NCBI RefSeq assembly: GCF_018350175.1
Contig: NC_058368.1
Coordinates: forward strand, 202,804,001 to 202,868,000
DNA: 64,000 bases
Direction of reading: 5' to 3'
DNA from: Felis catus
Taxonomy: Eukaryota
Shown: piece by piece, positions 12,540 through 25,894 of the stretch
Layout of the letters: every line of letters starts with the position of its first letter
Position numbering within the stretch: the first letter of the stretch is position 1
Notes under the pieces: generated by a model
Told to the model about the DNA's origin: nothing
Seen by the model: only the letters and a program-made list of their open reading frames with translations
Databases searched by the model: none
Translations under genes and position numbers: made by a program

Positions 12540-15371
12540 GAAAGAAAACACCCACCTCATGTCAGAGTACTTTAGTGTCACTGTGGTGAACATTGTTGTT
12601 CGAGATTTGTAGACAGGTGATAAAAGTATAAGAATAAAATAAGCAAAGAACTATACAGAGTGAAAATTGAAGCTTCCAGAAGTTTCAAATCAGCTGCATC
12701 TATTCAACCGGACACTTGGCCCATCAATAAAAGCCTAGAGATGTTCATTTTATGTGCTGTTTATTGCTAAAATAGATATTAAGTTTTAACAGCTTTGGGG
12801 GGAGATGAATCTCTGTTAGGACACAAAGAAATTCACTTTTAAATTTAATTTATTTTTAAAGATTAAATTCAGTTAACTTATTGTACTAGAGATACAACTA
12901 GGAAAGAGACATATTATTTTTAGGAAGATAATTTCCGACATATACCAGGCACAGTACTTTGTGACCTTTTTTGCCTATGTTTGTCTTAAAAGGAGGTGCT
13001 TGTGCAGGTTAGCAGTTTAGTTTAAACTGCAATTTATAGACATGAATTTCTGACGTTAGCAATGACATGAAAAGCTTAAATATTTCCAATGCTCTTAACA
13101 TACCTGGTTTTCCTACACTCTGGCAAATTATTAACATCTGAGTCGTATTTTTTAGCATACTTTTACTTCAGAGACAAGTTCCCATCTGTCACGCACATGC
13201 AAGACCTACAATTTATATTGTAGTGTGAATATGATAAAAGTAAATGCGTTTTTGAATCATCCAACTCCACTTTTCTATATTGTTCCATTCTTTTACAGTC
13301 TTTGTGGTCTTTTCACCAGGAATAAAATAGTTTGCCGGAAACTGTGAGTTAATTAGCAATTTGATTCTTCCAGGTGTATTTGACTGGAGGGAAGAGATTG
13401 TTAGGGAGAAAAAGGTGTTAGATTGAGGAAAGCCTTAATTGTAACACTAAAAATGTATAACCTTAACAGTTAGGCAAACACCATTGATGGCATTCAAGTG
13501 GAAAACAAACAAGATGTCCTTTTAGAAAAGATATCATTGTATAGGATGAATTAGACGGTAGAGCCTGCGTTCTTATAGAAAAGGTACAAGATCTGTGCAG
13601 AGTCCTGATGTGCAGGAAATTCAATGTGAGTGGTGATTTGCACAAATGATAAGGTGATTTGCACAAACCTCAAATTTTAAAAACTGAAACATAGTGTCAG
13701 CTACTGTCAGCTACTCAATAAATACGGGTTAAATGAATGAACGAATGAATTGAAGTATATACAACCATCCTAAATATCCTACTATAATAAAGTAAAAATA
13801 ATTAGGAGGAGGAGTGAAGACGGCAGAGTAGTAAAGGGACCCTGGGCTTGTCTCATCCCTTGAACTCAGCTACAGCATCAAACCATTTTGAACACCTAGG
13901 AAATTGATCTGAGGATTAACAGAACAATCTGCATAATTTGCAGGAAATAACATGGCAAGTATGCATGGGAAGAGGTAAATTGGGGGAGAGAATTGCCGTT
14001 TTCACAGAGAGGAGAAAGACAGAAGGGAGAGAGAGCAGCAGATTAGGTTTGCGCAAGAAAACGGTCCCCCTGAAATCATCTACAGAGAAACAGTGAAAAC
14101 ATGCATAGGGGACAGCACAAGAAAACTGCTCCCCAAAACCATTGACGGGGGAAAAGGAGAAGGCTTCAATACTGGCAGGTTGTTTTTGGGTTTTTTTTTT
14201 TTTTTTTATCAACAGTGGACCACAGAGTTTAAAGTTTCAGAGGTCAGCGTCTGGTGGTGCTCTGGCAAGGGAGCAGGGCAGAGCCTCAGGAGTAGGTAGT
14301 GTGGTCTGAGGATTCCCCGGGTTGCACAGGGAGAAGCAGTTCCCCTTCTTGGAATGCATTTGGTAGAGGTGATGTGGCCTTTCTGCAGGCAAAAGACCAT
14401 CAAGCTGTCTTGTTCACCTGAACACCTAGGGCAGGTACACCCAGGGCAGAAAAACTCTGGTGCCAGCTGTGTGCTGTGATTTACCATAAACTCTGAGCCA
14501 CTACCGCTACGCTGTGGCACCATTTACTGGGACAAGCCAGCCATGGCTACAGCATGGCGAAACCCTCCCCCAGAAGATCACTGTGGGTCTGAACTGTGCA
14601 GGGGCACAGAAGTATGGGGTTTTCAAACTGAGCCCTGTGTCAGATAAAACTCTGAAGGGAGGTGCCACCTGGTAGACAGATAGCTCTGACACAGGGGGAA
14701 GGCAGGGAGCTCACAGAAGCAGGGGACACAGGAAGGGTGATTGCATGTCTTCATGTTCAAGGATGCAAACTCCTGCTCTGGAGACTAGAGAACGAGTGAA
14801 GCCATTTTTCACTATTAGCCCACCAGCACTGATCAATCCCAGTGAGCTAAACAGCACCACTGAGTGGAGAATAAAGCCATTACACCAAGCCCCACCCCCC
14901 AGTGCTCTCCAGGCACATCACCACTAGGGCCAATAGGCCTGAGAGCCAGAGCAGCAAGCCCCTCCCTTAGAACACCATCACAAATCCCTTTAACAAGCTT
15001 GGTCTACTTACCATAAACTGCTGCAGTTTCAGCCCTAGGGGAAACTGACTCTCCCTTCATTTGGGTTTTTTTGTTTGTTTGTTCATTTGGTTGTTATTGT
15101 TGCTTCTGCGTTTTTGTTGTTGTTTTGTTGTTTTTCTTTTGATTCTTGGATAGAAAAAGAACAAATTTTTAAAAAATTTTATTTTATGTTAATCTTATTT
15201 TATTTTTTTAATTTTTAATTTTTCTTCAGTCATCTTTTTCCTTTTCTCTTTTTTCTATCCAGCTTCTCTTAACAAGCAGACCAAAGCACACCTAGGATCT
15301 AGCTTCTTTTATTTGATTTTTTAAAATTTTTATTTAATTCTATTATTATTAATATTTTATCTCCCTCCAAA

Positions 15372-16265
15372 ATGACAAGACAGAGGAATTCACCTCAAAA
15401 GAAAGAACAGGAAGAAATGATGGCCAGGGATTTATTTAATCAATGCAGGTATAAGTAAGATGTTTGAACTTGAATTTTAAACAATTTATAAGGATACTAG
15501 TTGGGCTTGGAGAAAGCATAGAAACACCAGAGAATCCCTTTTTGCAGACATAGAGGAACAAAAATCTGGTTAAGCCAAAATTAAAAATGCTATAACCAAG
15601 ATGCAAACCCAAATGGAGGCAATAAAAATGAGAATGGACAAGGCAGAGGGGTGGAATTAGCAATATAGAAGATAAAACTCTGAAAAATAATGAAGCTGAA
15701 AAGAAAAGGGAAACAAACATCAGGGATTACAAAGGCAGACTTAAGAATCAGCAATCTTTTCAAACATAATAACATTCATATCATAAGAGTCCCAGAGGAT
15801 GAAGAAAGAGATAAAAGGGCAGATGGTTTATGTGAGCAAATTATAGCTGAAAAGTTTCCTAATCTGTGGAAGGACAGACATCAAAATCCAAGAAGCACAG
15901 AGAACTCCCATTAAATTCAACAAAAGCTGGCATCACCAAGACGTATCATAATCAAATTCACCAAAGACACAGACAAGGAAAGGATCCTGAAAGTAGCAAG
16001 GGAAAAAAAAAAGTCCTTAACCTACAAGGGAATACAGATCAGGTTCACAGTAGATCTGTCCGCAGAAACTTGGCAGGCCAGAAACAAATGGCAAGATATA
16101 TTCAACATGCTAAATAGGAAAAACATGCAACCAAGTATACTTTATTCAGCAAGGCTCTCATTCAAAATAGAAGAAATGATAAAGACTTTCCCAGACAAAC
16201 ACAGACTAAAGGAGTTCATGACCACTAAACCAGACCTACAAGAAATTTTAAGAGGTATGGTTTGA
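15372..16265 (+). pseudogene. L1 ORF1p (RNA chaperone), disrupted by frameshifts and stops
   Basis: Starts MTRQRNSPQKKEQEEMMARDL. Internal NNIHIIRVPEDEERDK..LCEQIIAEKFPNL is the ORF1p RRM start. Ends RLKEFMTTKPDLQEILRGMV*. Confidence 0.9.
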
Positions 16266-18536
16266 GTGAAAGGAAAAATAAGACCAACCGCCCCCCCCCC
16301 AAAAAAAAACCCAGAGTAGAAAGGACCAGAGAATATCACCAGAATTATCAACTTTACAGATAACACAATGGCACTAAATTTAAATCTTTCAATAATTACT
16401 CTGAATATAAATGGATTAAATCCTCCAATCAAACAACATAGTGTATCAGAATGGATTAAAAAATAAGATCCATTTATATCCTGCCTATAAGACACCTGCA
16501 GATTGAAAATGAAGGAATGAAGAACCATATATCATGCTAATGGGAATCAAAAGAAAGCCAGGGTAGCCATATTTATATCAGAGAAATTAGAATATTAAAA
16601 CAAAGACTGTAACAAGAAGTGAAGAAGGGCATTACATCATAATTAATGGGTCTGTTGATTAGGAGATCTAACAATTGTAAATATTTAGCCCCCAAATTGA
16701 AGGCACCCAAATATATAAATCAATTAATAACAAACATAAAGAAACTTATTGATAATAACACAATAATAATAGGGGACTGTCACACACCACTTATAGCAAT
16801 GTGCAGATCACCTAAGCAGAAACTCAACAAGAAAACAATGACTTTGAATGACACACTGGACCCAATGGACTTAATAGATATATTCAGAACATTCCATGCT
16901 AATGCAGCAGAATACACATTCTTTTTGAGTGCACGTGGAACATTCTCCAGAATAGATCACATACTGAGTCACAAATCAGCCCTGAATAAGTAGAAAAAGA
17001 TTGAAATCATACCATGCATATTTTCAGATCACAATGCTATGAAAGTTGACGTCAACCAGCAGGCAAAATTTGGAAGCCTTCACATACATGGAAGCTAAAA
17101 ACCATACTACTAAAGAATGAATAGTTTAACCAAAAAATTAAACAAGAAATTAAAAATACATGCGAGCAAATAAAAATGAAAATACGACAGTCTAAAACCT
17201 TTGGGATGTAGCAAAGGCAGTCCTAAGAGGGAAGTATATTTCAATACAGGCCTATAGCAAGAAAGGTCTCAAATACACAACTTAATATTATAGCTAAAGG
17301 ATCTAGAAAAGGAATAAAGTATAAAGCCAGCAGAAGAAGGAAAATAGTAAACATTAGAGCAAAAATAAATGATATAAAGACAAACTAAATAATAAACAAA
17401 ACAGTAGAAGAGATCAATGAAACAAAGAGACAGTTCTTTGAAATAATTAACAAAATTGATAAACCCTTAGCCAGACTTATCAAAAGGAAAAACAAAAGGA
17501 CCCAAATGATACAAATGACAGAGGAGAGATCACAATCAATACCACAGAAATATAAACAATTATAAGAGAATGCTGTGAAAAAATATATGCCAAAATATTG
17601 GGCAATCTGGAAGAAAGGGATAAATTCCTAGAAACATATGAACTACTAAACTGAAACAGAAAGAAATAGAAAACTTGAAGAGACTGATAACCAGCAAAGA
17701 AATTGAATCAGTAATCAAAAATCTCCCAATAAACTAAAGTCCAGGGCCAGATGACATATCAGGGAAATTCTACAAAATATTTAAAGAAGAATTAATACCT
17801 ATTCTTCTGAAACTGTTCCACAAAATAGAAATGGAAGGAAAACTTCCTAACGCATTCCACAAGGTCTTGATTCCCAAACCAGAAAGAACCCACTAAAAAA
17901 GAGAATTGCAGGCCAATATCACTAATGAACATGGATGCAAAAATTCTTAATAAAATACTAGCAAATTGAATCCAGCAGTACATGAAAAGAATCATTCTCT
18001 ATGATCAAGTAGGATTTATTCCTTGGCTGCAAGAGTGGCTCAATATTTGCAAATCAATCAATGTGATACACCACTTTAATAAAAGAAAAGAACACATGAT
18101 ACTCTCAATACATGCAGAGAAAGCATTTGACAATGGACAACATCCATTCCTAATAAAAACCCTCAACAAAGGAGGGATAGAGGGAACATACCTCAACAAA
18201 ATAAAGACCATATTTGAAAGACCCGAAGATAATATCATCCTCAATGGGGAAAAACGGAAAGTTTTTCCTCTAAGGTCAGGAACAAGACAGTGTGTCCACT
18301 CTCAGCATTGTTATTTAACCCAGTATGGGAAGTCATAGCCTCAGCAATCAGACAACCAAAAGAAATAAAAGGCATCCATATTGGCAAGGAAGAAGTCAAA
18401 CATTCACTATTCATGGATGACGTGTCACTCTATGTAGAAAACACAAAAGACTTACCAAAAATTTGCTAGAATTGATACATGAATTCAGTAAAATCACAGG
18501 ATACAAAATCAACATATAGAAATCTGTTGCATTTCT

Positions 18537-18768
18537 TTTTTCTTTTTAAAGTTTATTTATTTATTTATTCATTTATTTATTTTGAGAGAGAGAGAGCATG
18601 AAAAGGGGAGGGGCAGAGAGAGAGGGAGAGAGAGAATTCCAAGCAGGCTCTGCACTGACAGCACCGATGACTGATGTGTGCCTTAATCTCACAAACCATG
18701 AGATCATACCTAGGCTGAAATCCAGAGTTGGAGGCTTAACTAGTTAACTGAGTCACCCACATGCCCTA
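18537..18768 (-). mobile_element. Older Can-SINE inserted into L1 ORF2
   Basis: Reverse SINE body flanked by a 19-bp TSD agaaatctgttgcat(t/c)tct (18518-18536 and 18769-18787). Confidence 0.93.
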
Positions 18769-20221
18769 AGAAATCTGTTGCATCTCTATATACCAATAAT
18801 GAAGCAGCAGAAAGAGAAATCAAGAAATTGTCCCTCTTACAATTGCACCAAAAACCATCAGATACCTAGGAATAAACCTAACCAAAGAGGTAAAAGATCT
18901 GTACTCTGAAAACCATAGAACTCTTATGAAAGAAATTGAAGAGGACACAAAGAAATGCAAAAACATTCCATGCTCATGGATTGGAAGAACAAATATTGCT
19001 AAAATGTCACCTAAAGCAATCTAAATATTTAATGCAATCCCTATCAAAATACCACCATCATTTTTCACAGGTCAAGAACAAACACTCCTAAAATCTGTTT
19101 GGATTTTGGAATATGTGTTTTGGAACCACAAAAGAGCCCAAATAGCAAAGCAATCATGGATAAAAAAAGGCAAAGCTGGAGGTATCACAATTCTGGACTT
19201 CAAGTTGTATTACAAAGTGTAGTGATCAAGACAGTCAGGTACTGGCACAAAAACAGACACATAGATCAATGCAACAGAACAGAAAACCCAGAAATGGACC
19301 CACAACTATAAGTCAACTAATATTCAACAAAGCAGAAAAGAATATCCAATGGAAAACAGTCTCTTCAACAAATGGTGTTGGGAAAACTGGACAGCAACAT
19401 GCAGAAGAATGAAACTGTACCATTTTCTTGAGCATACAAAAAAAAAAAATTCAAAAGACTTAAATGTAAGGTAAGAAACCAAAAAATCCTAGAGGAGAAC
19501 ACAAGCAGCAACCTCTTTGACCTCTGCCACAGCAACTTCTTACTAGACAAGTTGCCAAAGGCAAGGGGAATAAAAACAAACATGAACTATTGAGACTTTA
19601 TTAAAAGGCTTCTGCACAGTGAGGGAAACAATCAGCAAAACTAAAAGGCAGCCTATGGAATGGGAGAAGATATTTGCAAATGGCATATCTGATAAAGGGT
19701 TAGTATCCAAAATCTATAAAGAGCTTATCAAAATCAACACCCCAAAAAACAAATAACCCAGTTAAGATATGGGCAGAAGACAAGAATACACAGTTTTCCA
19801 AAGTAGACATCCAATGGCTAACAGACACACAAAAAGGTGCTTAACATCACTCAACATCAAGGAAATACAAATCAAAACCATGATGAGATACCGTCCCACA
19901 CCTGTCAGAATGGCTAAAATTAACAACACAAGAAGCAACAGGTTGTGACAAGATTGAGGAGAAATGGGATCCCTGCTGCACATCTCCTGGTGGTGGGAAT
20001 GCAAACTGGGGTAGCCACTCTGGAGAACAATATGAAGACTCCTTGAAAAACTAAGAATAGAACTACCCTAAGTGTATCAACTGCACTAGTAGTTACTTAC
20101 TTACCCAAAGGATACAAAAATACAGATTCAAAGGGGTACATGCACTGCATTATCAACAATAGCCAGACTATGGAGAAAGCCCAAATGTCCATTGATTGTT
20201 GAATGGATAAAGAAGATGTAG

Positions 20222-20280
20222 TGTATATATACATGTATACATGTATACATACATACATATATATGTATACATATACATGT

Positions 20281-20320
<40 letters not shown>
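20222..20320. repeat. Compound (TA)/(CATA) microsatellite inside the L1 ORF2 3' end
   Basis: Directly visible. Confidence 0.9.
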
Positions 20321-20322
<2 letters not shown>

Positions 20323-20772
20323 CATGAAATCTAACTAAGCCATCAAAAAGAATGAAATCTTGTCATTTGCAATGACGTGGATGGAGCTAGAATGTATTGT
20401 GCTAAGCAAAATAAGTCAATTAGAGACAGACAAATACCATAAGATTTTACTCATATGAGGAATTTAAGAAACAAATCAGATGAACATAGGGGATGGGGCG
20501 GGGTGGGGGGGGAAAGGAAAGAGAGAAACAAACCACAAGAGACTCTTAATGATAGCAAACTATGGGTTGAAGGAGGAAGGTAGGTGGGAGATGAGCTAGA
20601 TGGGTGATAGGTACCAAGGAGGGCGCTTGTGACGAGCGCTGGGTGTTGTATGTAGGTGATGAATCATTGACTTCTACTCCTGAAACCAATATTGCACTGT
20701 ATGTTAACTAAAATTTAAATAATACATAATAAACAAACAAATAAATAAATAAATAGTGTCTATGGTAGGAGG

Positions 20773-21010
20773 TTTTTTTTTAATTTTTTATTTAAACTTC
20801 AGTTAGTTAACATACAGTGTAATGTTAGTTTCAAGTGTACAATTTAGTGATACAACATTTACATACAACATCTGGTGCTCACCACAATAGGCACTCTCCT
20901 TATTCCCCATCACCTGTTGTACCCATCCTCCCACCCCTTTCCCCTCTAGTAACCATCAGATCTTCTCTCTAGTTAAGAGTCTGTTTCTTGGTTTGCTTCT
21001 CTCCCTTTTC
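20773..21010 (-). mobile_element. 5'-truncated carnivore L1 (3'UTR only)
   Basis: Poly-T then ttagttaacatacagtgt..gttaagagtctgtttcttggtttg, the reverse carnivore L1 3' end. Possible degenerate TSD taggag(g)tttt. Confidence 0.85.
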
Positions 21011-21654
21011 TTGTATTAGGAGTTTTTGCTTCTTTCAATTAAAGAATAATTGAGGGAAATATTGCTACTGAAAATATCAGCTATAAAACCAAAATTTTTC
21101 AAGATAGAGTACATCATCATGTATTGTTCACCATTTTCCACAACACAAGTTAGTTTCCAGAAAATTACAAGTGTTTTTTTGTAAGGCTCCTATTGAGGAA
21201 CAGTCTTAGACAAATGTGATGGGAGAAACTTTGGTTAAGTATCTCTTTAGTAAATTCCTCAATTTTAGTCGATCCAAAGTTAAGTGGCTACCCCAAAAGC
21301 CTAGAGTTACCAACTTAGTGCCAGGTTAGTACTTTACATTTGTTATTTACCTATTTTATTACCTTTGAAGAGAGAAAAGCACCTGTTCTAAAACGGTTGG
21401 TATGGCTGGATCATCTAGTTCCAGAGGTACACTGAGAAAGAGGGGAAAGATAAGGCCAAAGAGATATAAATATTTAACACATATTTAAATTCTTGAAGAG
21501 GATCCTGTATCATTTCATCATCTCTTGCAAGTTCCTGTGATGGCTGAGAGTAATTCTTTAGATCTTGAGATAATCTTGCCAAAAAAATCATGGACCTTTT
21601 CTACTCTTTCATCTTCGGAGTTGCCTTAAAATACTGATTGGAAATTCTGTTGTC

Positions 21655-21706
21655 CCTACCAATACTCCCTGCCGATACTCCTGCCAATACTCCCCAGTAC
21701 TCCCCA
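21655..21706. repeat. Short degenerate tandem repeat, unit about ccaatactcc(c)tg, about 4 copies
   Basis: ccaatactccctg ccgatactcctg ccaatactcc ccagtactcccc. Confidence 0.75.
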
Positions 21707-22169
21707 CAAACTGACTCCATTCTTTCGTTACGATCCCACAGCTTCTTCTTATATTAGCCTCATTGAATTTTCTTTACTGCCCAACTCTTTCCGACTCTAA
21801 TAATTTTTGAAGGCCTTTAATTACTATCAGCAGCAAGCTCAAGGCACATGAGGTCTTTCATTCCCTAGCTCTTGACAACTTCTAAAGTTTCAATTTTAGA
21901 GAATGCTGTTAAGTCAGATATCTTCACTAACTCCATCTCCTATTGTTATTCCCATTTCTAAATGCCTATTGAATTTAAGATCTGTACTGCACATTTGGGT
22001 ACATACAGATAAACTGAGTTGTATTGTTCATCAGTGAATTCATACACTTTAATGTCGCTCTCACTTGGTTACAAAGATTTCAAGAATATCAAGTCACATG
22101 TTCCACACTTTTAAGCACTGGGTGAATTTTCTCATGCTTCCTAAACTCTTTCAATGACCTGTTTTATGT

Positions 22170-22420
22170 GAAGCAATAGGAGGTAGTGGTTAAGAGTTTG
22201 GACTCTGAAGACAGGATGTCTTATTTAGAACAGTCGCTCTGCCATTTCCACTTTCTTCCACGTTTTAGCAAGTTACCTTACCTCATGGAGACCAAATTTC
22301 CTCATCTGTAAAATGGAGTTGATGATAACAGTGATGTACTTTTCTCATAATTGACTCATCCTCTGATGTGAATGCTTACAATAGCACATAATGGAGAACA
22401 AATGTTGTTCAATTGTTAGT
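22170..22420 (+). mobile_element. MIR SINE
   Basis: gtagtggttaagag..ggactctg..gcaagttac..tttcctcatctgtaaaatgg core. Confidence 0.8.
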
Positions 22421-22439
22421 TGTTACTAGACCCCCACGT

Positions 22440-22840
22440 CTCCAGCTACAGTTAATGCTCCCTTCCACACTCCAAACCCATCCATCCAACTGCTTTCTCC
22501 GTGTGTATTCCACAATTACCCAAACATATCCAAAACTGAACTCTATATTTTTACTCCTAAACCCTTCGTTCTTCCTATGTTTTATGTACTCTACCACCCC
22601 CCTGGGTGCCCAAACAATGAATCTGAAAATCATACTCACATTTCCCTTTCTTGACTTCATACATTTAACAATTCATCTAGTATTACCAGTTCTACCCCAT
22701 TAATATTTTTTGGATCCCTATTCTCTACTTCAAGACAATTTCTGTGAATAAAAACCCTTTCCAAAGTAAAACCTATACAGCCAGTCTTGTTTCCTACTCT
22801 GCCACCCATGATCTTCATTCTGTATAGCAAATGCTGGGTG
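22440..22840 (+). mobile_element. L2 LINE fragment
   Basis: catatccaaaactgaactc and the downstream pyrimidine-rich L2 pattern. Confidence 0.6.
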
Positions 22841-23423
22841 ACCAAGGACTAGCAGAAACTCTTTTTGGTGGGAGAGCAAGGGGACGTGATTATAAAATCT
22901 CATTATTTATATATTTCTTTAAAAAATGTTTCATTTGAGTACAGTTGACAAACAATGTTTCATTAGTTTCAGGTATGTATTTCTTTTCTCCTTTCACGTA
23001 ATAAAAAGGACAATGTTGTTATAAGGTATGTGATGTTCCTGACATGGCTCCCTCCCAATCTTCCCAAGCCTACTTTTCTCATACTGGTTACTAATTAGCC
23101 CAAAATAATGAGAAAGTCAAAATAAATAGGAAAAATGCAGGGCAATTATTTATTGTAACTATACTGTGCCATTTTGCGCAACTCTTCCTGAGTGTAGGTG
23201 GATGATTCTAGGTAGATCTACATTTCTCAGTTATGAAATGTGAAAGTCTTAAATCACATTTTGATATATGTTAAAGCCACTGCTTTAATTTCAAGGCTTT
23301 CATGAGGAAAACAATTTTTTTCTTTTTGAGGATATCAGTCTTTCTTTGCTATTTTGTTATATATCCTTAACTACTTTTAAAGTTTGTTTCTTTGTTTTGA
23401 AGGAAGTGGAAGCAGTGCAGTGT

Positions 23424-23658
23424 GTTTTTTTTTTTGTTTTGTTTTTTGTTTTTTTTTCAACGTTTATTTATTTTTGGGACAGAGAGAGACAGAACATGAA
23501 CGGGGGAGGAGCAGAGAGAGGGAGGCACAGAATCGGAAACAAGCTCCAGGCTCTGAGCCATCAGCCGAGAGCCCGACGCGGGGCTCGAACTCACGGACCG
23601 CGAGATCGTGACCTGGCTGAAGTCGGACGCTTAACCGACTGCGCCACCCAGGCGCCCC
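23424..23658 (-). mobile_element. Young SINEC_Fc-type Can-SINE
   Basis: Near-consensus with CpGs intact (reverse of GGGGCGCCTGGGTGGCGCAGTCGGTTAAGCGTCCGACTTCAGCCAGGTCACG). TSD cagtgcagtgt at 23413-23423 and 23659-23669. Confidence 0.97.
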
Positions 23659-24230
23659 CAGTGCAGTGTTTTTAAATGATAAACTTATGTCTTATTAAAG
23701 TGTAGGTCAAATATGTGTAAACACATACACCACATTCAGACCCTCCACATAAATAGATCTTATATTTATTTCTCCTCTTTATTATTTTATCCACCATTAT
23801 CTTTTGGCTAGAGAAGTAAAGAATACCCAAAGTAACAGGAGAAAGATCTCTTTTCTGTAAACAATATGTTCCAAGGACATAAAAGAAATTTTTCTTTTTC
23901 TTGCTTTTCTGAGGGAGTTCAGATTGTACATATGTATGTAAATTTACTTTGACTGTACAACAATTTCTTTTTTCTTTTGTGTATGTGGGAGGAATAGAAG
24001 AATGTTCAGTAAGAACAATTTTGAAATATTTTACCCTGGTATCATTGTGTGAAATGACTAAGCAATTCAAGTCAATCGTTTCTTCATCTATTTCTGTTGT
24101 GAAGGTACATTTGTATTTTAAGGTTGATTTATTGCTTAGCTGAATATTATTTTTTAATGTCTGAAAGCAAGTGTAAATTATATTTTTCTAACAGCCACCC
24201 TCACTGCCATGGCAAAAATCAATTTAATTC

Positions 24231-24361
24231 TATGGAAGTATATATGCATACATATATATATGTATACACATATACACACATATATATATGTATACACACA
24301 TATATATGGAAGTATATATGCATATGTATATGCATATATATGTATACACATATATCTATGT
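24231..24361. repeat. Compound TA/CA microsatellite with duplicated 20-bp anchor
   Basis: tatggaagtatatatgcata at 24231-24250 and 24305-24324. Confidence 0.9.
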
Positions 24362-24892
24362 AATTATTTGTGTTTTGGCCATTAAAAATTATTTTAAAAA
24401 TACACCAATAAATACATCAATCAAGTAACTTTATACTAGGCCAGGGACAGGTATAGTTGTGGAGAAATATAAATAAAGTAAAGACTTCCTGTAATATAAT
24501 AAAAGTTGGGAAGACAAAACCAAATACATCTATGTGAAAAATATATTTACAAAATTAACATCAAAAAATATAAATCAGTTTAATGTTCAAATTTTGTTGA
24601 CTTTATAACTATTTCTGAAAAATTAACTTACTGATTTTCTAAAATAAGAAAAAGTTATGATTTTTGAAAAGATGTCTCATTTAAAATGTATATGGCTGTA
24701 TTGAATTTTATTATAAAAAATGAATCTTAAATCTAGCTCACTTTATCAGCAACCCTGGTTGAGTACCAACTAGGTATAAAGTATCATACTACATCCCTGC
24801 CCTCAAAGACCTTACAATATGGATGGAAATAAACCATTGTAAGTCAACTTTGCTAATTCACAAATGTAAATTTAACTGAAATGATTCTAGAA

Positions 24893-25058
24893 CAGTGATT
24901 CTTAATGTTAGCTGTGCATTAGAACCACCAGGGGAGCTGATGCTAGGATCCCTCCCCTGGAGATCCAGGCTTAGTCAATCTGGGATGTCACCTGGATGTT
25001 GGGATTTTTTAAATTTTCCACAAGATTCTAACGTGTAGCCAAAATTGAGAACCATTGC
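24893..25058. mobile_element. MER5-family hAT MITE
   Basis: Terminal inverted repeats cagtgattctta ... ttgagaaccattg with typical MER5 interior. Confidence 0.75.
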
Positions 25059-25386
25059 TACAGGTCCTAAGAAGAAAAAAATTATCTTTACCTAGAATAG
25101 TCAGAGAAACCTTCCCACAGGTTGTAGATTTTCCATTGACAACCAATCAAACTAGATTCAAAGGCTAGAGGAGTATCAGATATGCAGAGAAGTGTGAGGA
25201 ACATCGGAAACATGGCCAATTAGGCAAAGAACAATACTAAGGGAAGAAAGTGCAAGTAACCTTTGTTGAACAATGGGTAGAACAGAATAGGTGACCCACT
25301 AGTGATGTATGTGCTGTCCTATTTCTTCTGATCTTGCCCTATACTCCAAAATGTGTACAAATAATACGTTATCAATATTCTATCTC

Positions 25387-25890
25387 TGTGGTAGACTACA
25401 TAGATTGCCACAATCCTTTACTTTTACCTGTACCCCCAACATTTTTAAGTCCTACCATTATCATCCTACCATTAAAAGGCAGAGTCTCTTTCTTCCTCTT
25501 CAATCTGGCCTTGCCTTATGACATTCTTTGGCCAATAGGATGCAGTTGAAGTAAGTAAAGTCCAGATCAAACCAAGGCCTCAAGAGTCCTTCCATATTTC
25601 CATTCTCTTTTTTTTCTTTTGAAACCTGCCCAGCCCCAACATATAAATCCCAGAATGCCTTACTAAAAAAAAAATGAGAAAGCACATTAAGCAGAAACAT
25701 GGCATGCCAGTTGAGACCATCCTAGATGAGCAAGACCAGCTGATGAATAGTTGATCCTAACTATAGAAATGAGCTCAACCAAACCAGAAAGACCATTCAA
25801 TTAACCCATTTCAAATGACTACCCCATAGCTGCAATATAATCCACTAAGTTTTGGGGTTGTTTCTTTTGCATAAACAGTTAATTGGTAAA
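25387..25890 (+). mobile_element. MaLR solo LTR (MLT1G/H-like)
   Basis: tgtggtag start, ctttggccaatagga, aggcctcaagag and ccactaagttttgggg..gttt MLT1 3' motif. Confidence 0.7.
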
Positions 25891-25894
25891 GCTT

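Larger units (their letters stand above)
16368..20467 (+). pseudogene. L1 ORF2p (APE endonuclease, reverse transcriptase, Cys-rich domain), disrupted
   Basis: MALNLNLSIITLNINGLNPPIK (EN start), YTFFLSARGTFSRIDHIL (EN), YDQVGFIP and [11 protein letters not shown] (RT), and catalytic-motif remnant LFMDDV at 18407-18424 (consensus LFADDM). Many stops and frameshifts, interrupted by a SINE and a TA/CA repeat. Confidence 0.93.
13805..20754 (+). mobile_element. Near full-length, inactive carnivore LINE-1 (about 6.95 kb including a nested SINE)
   Basis: 5' end GGAGGAGTGAAGACGGCAGAGTAG (L1 start consensus ..AAGATGGCGGA..), about 1.55 kb of 5'UTR, degenerate ORF1 and ORF2, G-rich 3'UTR and an A-rich tail at about 20710-20754. 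No convincing TSD. Confidence 0.96.

Noticed and set aside
23346..23675. 109-aa ORF, and similar ORFs at 48737-48976 and 60455-60813
   Set aside because: These are translations of SINEC bodies, which recur in every young Can-SINE.
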